Shown here: positions 56,699-64,000 of the stretch, piece after piece
Position numbering within the stretch: position 1 is the first letter of the stretch
Layout: each line of letters begins with the position of its first letter
Assembly (NCBI GenBank): GCA_045615365.1
Contig: JAZLEQ010000018.1
Coordinates: 14,350-78,349 of the forward strand
Reading direction: 5' to 3'
DNA: 64,000 bases
From: Alphaproteobacteria bacterium
GTDB lineage: Bacteria; Pseudomonadota; Alphaproteobacteria; RF32; CAG-239
Position numbers and translations under genes: made by a program
The notes under the pieces: model-generated
Database searches by the model: none
Told to the model about the DNA's origin: nothing
What the model saw: the letters and a program-made list of their open reading frames with translations, nothing else

Positions 56699-56701
56699 TT
56701 G

Positions 56702-56715
56702 TTTAAACGTCTAAA
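56702..56715. promoter_or_regulatory. Imperfect dyad TTTAAACGTCTAAA just upstream of leader copy 2 (candidate operator)
   Basis: One symmetric mismatch pair. Same position relative to the leader as the perfect palindrome at 6552-6565. Confidence 0.3.
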
Positions 56716-56750
56716 CACAACGGTTAATTACTCCGTCAGATCAATTCTCA

Positions 56751-56780
56751 CATTTAAAGTGTTTAAAAACAATTAAAAAA
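56751..56780 (-). promoter_or_regulatory. Conserved AT-rich block upstream of flagellin-2 leader (candidate promoter/UP region)
   Basis: catttaaagtgtttaaaaacaattaaaaaa matches 6601-6630 at most positions. Confidence 0.35.
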
Positions 56781-56808
56781 ATCCTCTTTTCCAAACAAAA
56801 AGAGGATT
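56771..56808 (-). terminator. Intrinsic terminator after the nitroreductase gene
   Basis: Perfect 11-bp stem AATCCTCTTTT / AAAAGAGGATT with a 6-nt loop, then a U-run on the minus strand. Confidence 0.6.
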
Positions 56809-56825
56809 AATAAAAAAGAAAACAA

Positions 56826-57341
56826 CTACCATTTTTCCCAGTGTATTTTTTCTTTCTTAAACCTGTCTGTCGGTTGATTAGGAATTTTTTTAGGATACCC
56901 TAAAACCACCAAAGCATTGGGTTTAACATTTTCCGGCAATCCGAGCAAATTTTGAAAATCTTTCATTCTCTCCTCATAAGGATATATTGCACACCAAACG
57001 CCACCTAACCCTTTGCCGTGAATAGCCAGGAGTAAATTTTGAACAGCGGCAGATGTATCAACCACCCAAAAATTTTCATCCAATTGCTGATTCGTATCGC
57101 CACAAACAACAATCGCAGCTGAAGCCTCCTTCAAAAAAGATGAATGCGAATGAATCTGCATAATCTTCTCTTTTGTTTCATCATCTTCAACTACAACAAA
57201 CTCCCAAGGTTGTTTGTTATACCTCGACGGTGCATACATTGCAATTTTAAGCAAATCTTCAATATCTTCGTGCGGAATTTTTTTTCCTTCTTCAAATTGA
57301 CGCACCGAACGTCTGGTCAAAAGTCCTGCTTCTAAAAACAT
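56826..57341 (-). CDS. Nitroreductase-family flavoprotein
   Basis: 171 aa. RRSVRQF N-terminal motif and PSRYNKQPWEFVVV are typical of the NADH oxidase/nitroreductase fold. AGGAGGGG SD. Starts 19 nt after the atpC stop. Confidence 0.8.
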   Translation of the reverse strand: MFLEAGLLTRRSVRQFEEGKKIPHEDIEDLLKIAMYAPSRYNKQPWEFVVVEDDETKEKIMQIHSHSSFLKEASAAIVVCGDTNQQLDENFWVVDTSAAVQNLLLAIHGKGLGGVWCAIYPYEERMKDFQNLLGLPENVKPNALVVLGYPKKIPNQPTDRFKKEKIHWEKW

Positions 57342-57360
57342 CAGCCCCTCCTATTTTAAA

Positions 57361-57828
57361 TTACTGCTTTTTAGAATTTGAGCCTGAAATAATTTTTTTA
57401 AAGTAGTTCTTTTGTTTTAATTTTTTTGCATACAATTGCAATGTACGCAAATAACGACGACGAACATTTCTCTGATGATCCAAAATCATCTGATAGAACA
57501 ATTGCATTTGCGGAGTTTCGGCTTTTTCCAAGCGCTTCTTAGCTTCTGCAACATTAAGTTCAGCAGCAACAGCAGCCCCTTGAACCATAATATTGCAATT
57601 ATTATTCACCACTTCGGCCATTCCTGAATGAACAAAATAGTCTGCTTTGATTGAACCATTCGGATTCAAAACTCTCACAACCCCAAAATCCAATGCAAAA
57701 ACGCTCGGAGCTCGGTCGGGCAGAATATTAACATCTGCCCTTACCGCCGGTATTATCACACTGGCAACCTTTTCTTCCAAAAATGTTCTTGAAGGTAAAA
57801 CAATTTTAAGGTTAAGCTCTTTTCCCAT
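57361..57828 (-). CDS. atpC: F0F1 ATP synthase epsilon subunit (basic C-terminal extension)
   Basis: The N-terminal beta-sandwich pattern (LKIVLPSRTFLEEKVASVIIPA...) and its position after atpD support the call. 155 aa versus the roughly 135 I would expect. Confidence 0.88.
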   Translation of the reverse strand: MGKELNLKIVLPSRTFLEEKVASVIIPAVRADVNILPDRAPSVFALDFGVVRVLNPNGSIKADYFVHSGMAEVVNNNCNIMVQGAAVAAELNVAEAKKRLEKAETPQMQLFYQMILDHQRNVRRRYLRTLQLYAKKLKQKNYFKKIISGSNSKKQ

Positions 57829-57858
57829 AACAATATTCCTATCAAATAAATATCAAAA

Positions 57859-59397
<1,539 letters not shown>

Positions 59398-59417
59398 CTA
59401 AATTTTATCAAAATAAT

Positions 59418-60329
59418 TTACAAAGCTTCCGCACCGGAAATAATCTCAATCAACTCCGTAGTGATTGCACTTTGTCTTAAACGATTGTATTTCAAATTAA
59501 GCTTAGCAATCATATCATTGGCATTATGAGTTGCATTATCCATAGATGTCATACGAGCAGATTGTTCGCTCGCTTGCGAATTCAACAACATCTGAAATGC
59601 TTCAGATATCACCAACATATATACCACATCGTTAAAAACTTTTTCTTCCGATGCATCATATTCATAAAATGCATCATTGAACTTGTTGCTATAACGAGGG
59701 TCATCCAAATCAATATCAAACACATAAGGCAATAGCTGACGACAAATTACCTCTCTGTTTAATGATGATTTGAAATATGTATATATAAATTCGCAAACAT
59801 CAAATGCTTCGCTGAGATACCCTTCCAACACCTTTTCAATCAGGTGTTCCATTTCTTTATATTTTGCACCTTTTGCTGCCAAACCGGTCATAACCTCGGC
59901 AATAATTTCAGGTCTGCGATGTTTTAGTGCATCGCCTATTTTCTTACCCAAGCACAAGACCTTAACATTTTTGCCTTCTTTTTCCAATTCGGCGACTCTT
60001 TCAAGAGTTTTTCGCAAAACATAACTATTATAGCTGCCACACAAACCACGATCAGAAGAGAAAACTACCAAAAGATAGTTTTCCTTTACCTTTCTCTCTT
60101 GCATGACCAAGGGATAAAAGACTTTATCCCCTTGGGCTTCACATTTCTTAATATCACGATACATTCTGCCTGCAATAGTCAAAATACCATTGTGATATCC
60201 GGAAGATTTTGCATGCACATCTTGAGCTTTTCTTAGTCTGGCAGCTGCCACCATTTTCATCGCCGAAGTGATTTTCTTCGTTGATGTGATGGAGGAAATT
60301 CTGGTTCTAAGCTCTTTCAAACCTGCCAT
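59418..60329 (-). CDS. atpG: F0F1 ATP synthase gamma subunit
   Basis: MAGLKELRTRISSITSTKKITSAMKMVAAARLRKAQ N-terminus and LNLKYNRLRQSAITTELIEIISGAEAL C-terminus. Confidence 0.93.
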   Translation of the reverse strand: MAGLKELRTRISSITSTKKITSAMKMVAAARLRKAQDVHAKSSGYHNGILTIAGRMYRDIKKCEAQGDKVFYPLVMQERKVKENYLLVVFSSDRGLCGSYNSYVLRKTLERVAELEKEGKNVKVLCLGKKIGDALKHRRPEIIAEVMTGLAAKGAKYKEMEHLIEKVLEGYLSEAFDVCEFIYTYFKSSLNREVICRQLLPYVFDIDLDDPRYSNKFNDAFYEYDASEEKVFNDVVYMLVISEAFQMLLNSQASEQSARMTSMDNATHNANDMIAKLNLKYNRLRQSAITTELIEIISGAEAL

Positions 60330-60332
60330 AGT

Positions 60333-61886
60333 TTAAGCTGCCTTTTCCAAAGTTGATGTAAACTCAGCACTGAAATCCTGATAAAATTTCATCATTTTGG
60401 CTTCCGTGTCTTCTGATATTTTTTGCTCTTTGGCAATACTTTCCAAAATTTTCGGAGCATTTGCCTTAACCGAAGCCAAAGCTCTTGCTTCAAAATCCTT
60501 AACTTTATTCATCGGAACATTATCCAAAAAGCCTTTAACACCGGCAAATATTGCAAACACCTGCTCTTCAACCGACATCGGTTTATATTGCGGCTGTTTC
60601 AACATTTCTGTCAATCTTGCACCTCTGGCCAACAAATTTTTGGTAGCCTGATCCAAATCAGATGCAAACTGAGCAAACGATGCCATCTCACGATATTGAG
60701 CCAAATCCAACTTCATTGTTCCGGCAACTTGTTTCATTGCCTTAATTTGAGCGGCAGACCCCACACGCGAAACCGAAATACCAACGTTAACCGCCGGACG
60801 CACACCTTGATAGAACAACGATGTTTCCAAGAATATTTGACCATCAGTAATTGAAATCACGTTGGTTGGAATATACGCAGAAACGTCTCCGGCCTGAGTT
60901 TCAATAACCGGCAAAGCGGTCAAAGAACCTGCACCTTCTTCATCGTTCAATTTAGCAGCTCTTTCCAACAAACGAGAATGCAAATAGAACACGTCACCGG
61001 GATAAGCTTCACGTCCTGGTGGACGGCGCAAAAGCAAAGACATCTGACGATATGCCGTAGCTTGCTTCGATAAGTCATCATAAAAGATAACCGCATGCAT
61101 TCCGTTATCTCTGAAAAACTCGCCCATTGCACTACCTGAATACGGTGCAATATATTGCATAGGAGCTGAATCGGAAGCAGTAGCTGCAACAACGATTGTA
61201 TAATCCATTGCGCCATAATCTTTCAAAGTTTTAACAACTTGCGCAACGGTTGAACGTTTTTGTCCCACAGCGACATATACACAAAACAGTTTTTCCTTAT
61301 CAGATTTTGCCGCATCATTAATTTTTTTCTGGTTAATAATCGTGTCCAAAATGATTGCTGTCTTACCTGTTTGTCTGTCCCCGATAATAAGCTCACGTTG
61401 TCCTCTTCCGATTGGGATAAGAGAATCAATAATTTTAATACCGGTTTGCATCGGCTCATTAACCGACTTACGAGCAATAATACCCGGAGCTTTAATATCT
61501 GAACGACTATATTCTTCTGCTTTGATTTTTCCCAATCCGTCAATCGGTTCACCCAAAGCATCAACAACTCGACCAAGCAATCCTTTTCCGACCGGCACAC
61601 TAACAATCGATTCGGTGCGTCTTACGACATCACCTTCTTTAATCTCTTGGTCCGAACCGAAAATAACCACACCCACATTATCTTCTTCCAAGTTAAGAGC
61701 CATTCCCTTAACACCGCTGGAAAATTCAACCAATTCGCCGGCCTGAACTTTATCCAATCCGTAAACACGAGCCACACCATCACCGACAGACAAAACCTTG
61801 CCGACCTGAGCTACGTCTATTTTTGCATCGGAATTAACAATCTTATCTCTAATAATAGAAGATATTTCACTAGCAGATACAGACAT
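60333..61886 (-). CDS. atpA: F0F1 ATP synthase alpha subunit
   Basis: P-loop GDRQTGKT. 517 aa. Canonical alpha-subunit motifs throughout. Confidence 0.95.
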   Translation of the reverse strand: MSVSASEISSIIRDKIVNSDAKIDVAQVGKVLSVGDGVARVYGLDKVQAGELVEFSSGVKGMALNLEEDNVGVVIFGSDQEIKEGDVVRRTESIVSVPVGKGLLGRVVDALGEPIDGLGKIKAEEYSRSDIKAPGIIARKSVNEPMQTGIKIIDSLIPIGRGQRELIIGDRQTGKTAIILDTIINQKKINDAAKSDKEKLFCVYVAVGQKRSTVAQVVKTLKDYGAMDYTIVVAATASDSAPMQYIAPYSGSAMGEFFRDNGMHAVIFYDDLSKQATAYRQMSLLLRRPPGREAYPGDVFYLHSRLLERAAKLNDEEGAGSLTALPVIETQAGDVSAYIPTNVISITDGQIFLETSLFYQGVRPAVNVGISVSRVGSAAQIKAMKQVAGTMKLDLAQYREMASFAQFASDLDQATKNLLARGARLTEMLKQPQYKPMSVEEQVFAIFAGVKGFLDNVPMNKVKDFEARALASVKANAPKILESIAKEQKISEDTEAKMMKFYQDFSAEFTSTLEKAA

Positions 61887-61888
61887 CT

Positions 61889-62440
61889 CTACTTACCTTT
61901 CATAATTTTTTCCAAATAATTCAATTTACTTGCCAAACTGTCATCATACAGCTTTGAACCGCACTGAACACGCAAACCACCCAACAAAGTTGAGTTTATT
62001 TTATAATTCATCACAATTTTACTTTGCAACAAAATTTCCAAAACTTTCTGCAACTTTTTATCTTGAGCGGACGACAATTTTTTGGCAGTTTCAACAACCA
62101 CCTCGACAACATTGTTCTTCAAATAATAGAGTTTGCCGAACTCATCCAAGATAAGCGACAACTCTGCCATCTTTTGATTTTCGGAAACAATTTTCAAACA
62201 ATTCAATGTTTCATTGCTCAATCCCAGAACCTTTGCAGTTTTTGCAACAACATCTGCTTTGTCATTTTCTGACCACAACGGATTCGTCAAAAATTTTCCA
62301 AAGTCCGCATCTGTTTTCATGAGATTTTGCAATTTAGCAACATCCGACCAAACCTTCTCAACCTGTCCGGTCTCAAGAGCTGCCTCATACAAAGCCGAAG
62401 AATAAACTCTTGCTACTTTTGTTTTTGATTTTTTCTTCAA
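61889..62440 (-). CDS. atpH: F0F1 ATP synthase delta (OSCP) subunit
   Basis: 183 aa with [14 protein letters not shown]-terminus, positioned before atpA. TTG start (no in-frame ATG nearby). Confidence 0.85.
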   Translation of the reverse strand: MKKKSKTKVARVYSSALYEAALETGQVEKVWSDVAKLQNLMKTDADFGKFLTNPLWSENDKADVVAKTAKVLGLSNETLNCLKIVSENQKMAELSLILDEFGKLYYLKNNVVEVVVETAKKLSSAQDKKLQKVLEILLQSKIVMNYKINSTLLGGLRVQCGSKLYDDSLASKLNYLEKIMKGK

Positions 62441-62514
62441 TGTTTCAATCCCATATAAATTAAATTACAAAAACGATAATACATAATAATTAGTTTCTAT
62501 TTTATTAACAAACA

Positions 62515-64000
62515 TCAATAAAAAGAATAAGGATCAACATCCACTTCCACTTTTACATTTCCCACAACACTAACCCTCTTAAACCATTCTTTCAAAACAT
62601 CCTGTATTCTTATATTTTTATTGGTTTTAAGCAATAATCTGTAGCGATATTTTCCACGCAATACAAACATCGGAGCTTGCGCCGGACCGATTGTGGATAT
62701 ATCCGAATTATTAAAAGCCGTTTGCCCCAAAAGTATTGCCGTTTTTTCAACATCATCTCTTTTATTTCCCGAAACGATAATCGCTGCCATTCTGCCAAAC
62801 GGAGGCATTTTTAATATTTGACGAGTCTTTTTTTCAATCGCATAAAATTCTTGCGAATTTCCACCTACCAAAGCCTTCAACACGGCATTATCCGGATAAA
62901 GTGTCTGCAAATAGACCTCACCTTTTTTCTTGGCGCGCCCTGCTCTTCCGGAAACTTGCGACAACAGCTGGAATGTGCGCTCGGCCGCCCGCAAATCACT
63001 CCCCATCAACCCCAAATCGGCATCAACGATTCCAACCAAGGTAAGCTCCGGAAAATGATGTCCTTTAGCTAAAATTTGAGTTCCGATTAATATGTCAATT
63101 TTTTTATCTTCCATATCTTTTATCACCGAACTTATTTCTTTAACATTGGACGTATAATCGGAAGACAAAATTTTCACTTTTGCAGTCGGGAAACGACATT
63201 TTACCTCTTCCGCGATTCGCTCCACCCCCGGCCCGCATGCTGTCAAACCATTTTCCGAACCGCAATCCGGACACTTATCCGGTATAGCCATTGAATATCC
63301 GCAATGATGACAAACCAACTGCTTTGTTTTCAAATGCTCGGTCAACCATGCGGTGCAATTCGGACATTGGATTCTATGCCCGCAATCTCTGCAAATAATC
63401 AAAGGCGCATAACCTCTTTTGTTTAAAAACAATATACTCTGTTCACCTTTTTCATAAACTTCTTTAAGTTTTTCACAAAGAGACGGAGCCAACCACGACA
63501 TTCCCCAACTACCCTTAACGGGTTTGTCTTTTTTCAAATCGATAATTTTAATTTCCGGCAACTCGGCTTTTGCAAAACGTGATTTTAGAACAACTTGTCC
63601 GTATTTTCCTTCTTCCACATTACAAAAAGTCTCCAAATCAGGTGTTGCCGTTGATAATATAAGCGGAATTTTCTCATATTTTGCTCTCACGACCGCCATA
63701 TCACGTCCTTGATAATTCACCACATCTTCTTGCTTGAAAGATGCATCATGACTTTCATCAATAACAATCAACCCCAAATCCGCATAAGGTAAAAACAATG
63801 CCGAACGAGCACCGATTATAATTTTTGCTTCACCATTTGCGATTGCTTTCCAATTATCAACCCTTTCTTTTTGACTCAACGCCGAATGCCATTCCGCAGG
63901 CAAAACCCCGAAACGCTTTTCAAACCTTTTCAACCATTGCGCCGTTAATCCTATTTCGGGAACCATAATCAAAACTTGCTTTCCGAGTGCAAATGCTTTT
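62515..64000 (-). CDS. priA: Primosomal protein N' (replication restart helicase), N-terminus beyond window edge
   Basis: Frame stays open to nt 64000 (...KAFALGKQVLIMVPEIGLT). DExH box VIDESHD. Cys-rich zinc-binding region (CRDCGHRIQCPNCTAWL...CHHCGY...CPDCGS). Confidence 0.88.
   Translation of the reverse strand, partial: KAFALGKQVLIMVPEIGLTAQWLKRFEKRFGVLPAEWHSALSQKERVDNWKAIANGEAKIIIGARSALFLPYADLGLIVIDESHDASFKQEDVVNYQGRDMAVVRAKYEKIPLILSTATPDLETFCNVEEGKYGQVVLKSRFAKAELPEIKIIDLKKDKPVKGSWGMSWLAPSLCEKLKEVYEKGEQSILFLNKRGYAPLIICRDCGHRIQCPNCTAWLTEHLKTKQLVCHHCGYSMAIPDKCPDCGSENGLTACGPGVERIAEEVKCRFPTAKVKILSSDYTSNVKEISSVIKDMEDKKIDILIGTQILAKGHHFPELTLVGIVDADLGLMGSDLRAAERTFQLLSQVSGRAGRAKKKGEVYLQTLYPDNAVLKALVGGNSQEFYAIEKKTRQILKMPPFGRMAAIIVSGNKRDDVEKTAILLGQTAFNNSDISTIGPAQAPMFVLRGKYRYRLLLKTNKNIRIQDVLKEWFKRVSVVGNVKVEVDVDPYSFY

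Overview
Low-GC, densely coding bacterial chromosomal window with about 57 CDS and 2 tRNAs. I found no rRNA, CRISPR array, transposase or integrase. Most of it is housekeeping: atpHAGDC next to priA, tmk-holB-tatD-MBL, dacC-rlpA-mltB, mutL-pgi, pyrG-secG-tpiA/ppiD, proS, metG, adk and lspA. This synteny, plus small DUF2155-, DUF3035- and DUF465-like proteins, looks alphaproteobacterial (inference from recalled family patterns). Embedded in that core is an anaerobic fermentative complement: adhE followed co-directionally by ferredoxin, a PAS-containing sensory-type [FeFe]-hydrogenase homolog, a PP2C/SpoIIE phosphatase, a second ferredoxin and a catalytic [FeFe]-hydrogenase. A TM1266-like hydrogenase-system regulator, a PfkA-family phosphofructokinase and a pyruvoyl arginine decarboxylase plus antiporter pair (aaxBC-like) are also present. 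The most unusual content is two isolated paralogous giant flagellin-family genes (633 and 705 aa). Their termini are conserved and their central inserts are unrelated: one Cys-rich and beta-helix-like, the other DUF1566-like. Each gene is preceded by the same roughly 108-nt non-coding leader, whose hairpins covary between the two copies. Copy 1 also carries a 196-nt expansion containing a G9 homopolymer. Other items worth a look are a GldA/F/G-like ABC operon extended by a DUF4340-like gene and a soluble PAS histidine kinase, a lysine-rich N-terminal extension on AtpD, an AT-rich palindromic repeat cluster between zupT and mutL, and a 58-aa lipoprotein gene below the ORF-track cutoff. The ORF track uses TTG/GTG starts, so several starts were re-called to downstream ATGs with Shine-Dalgarno support. 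All functional calls come from motif recognition by eye; no searches were run.
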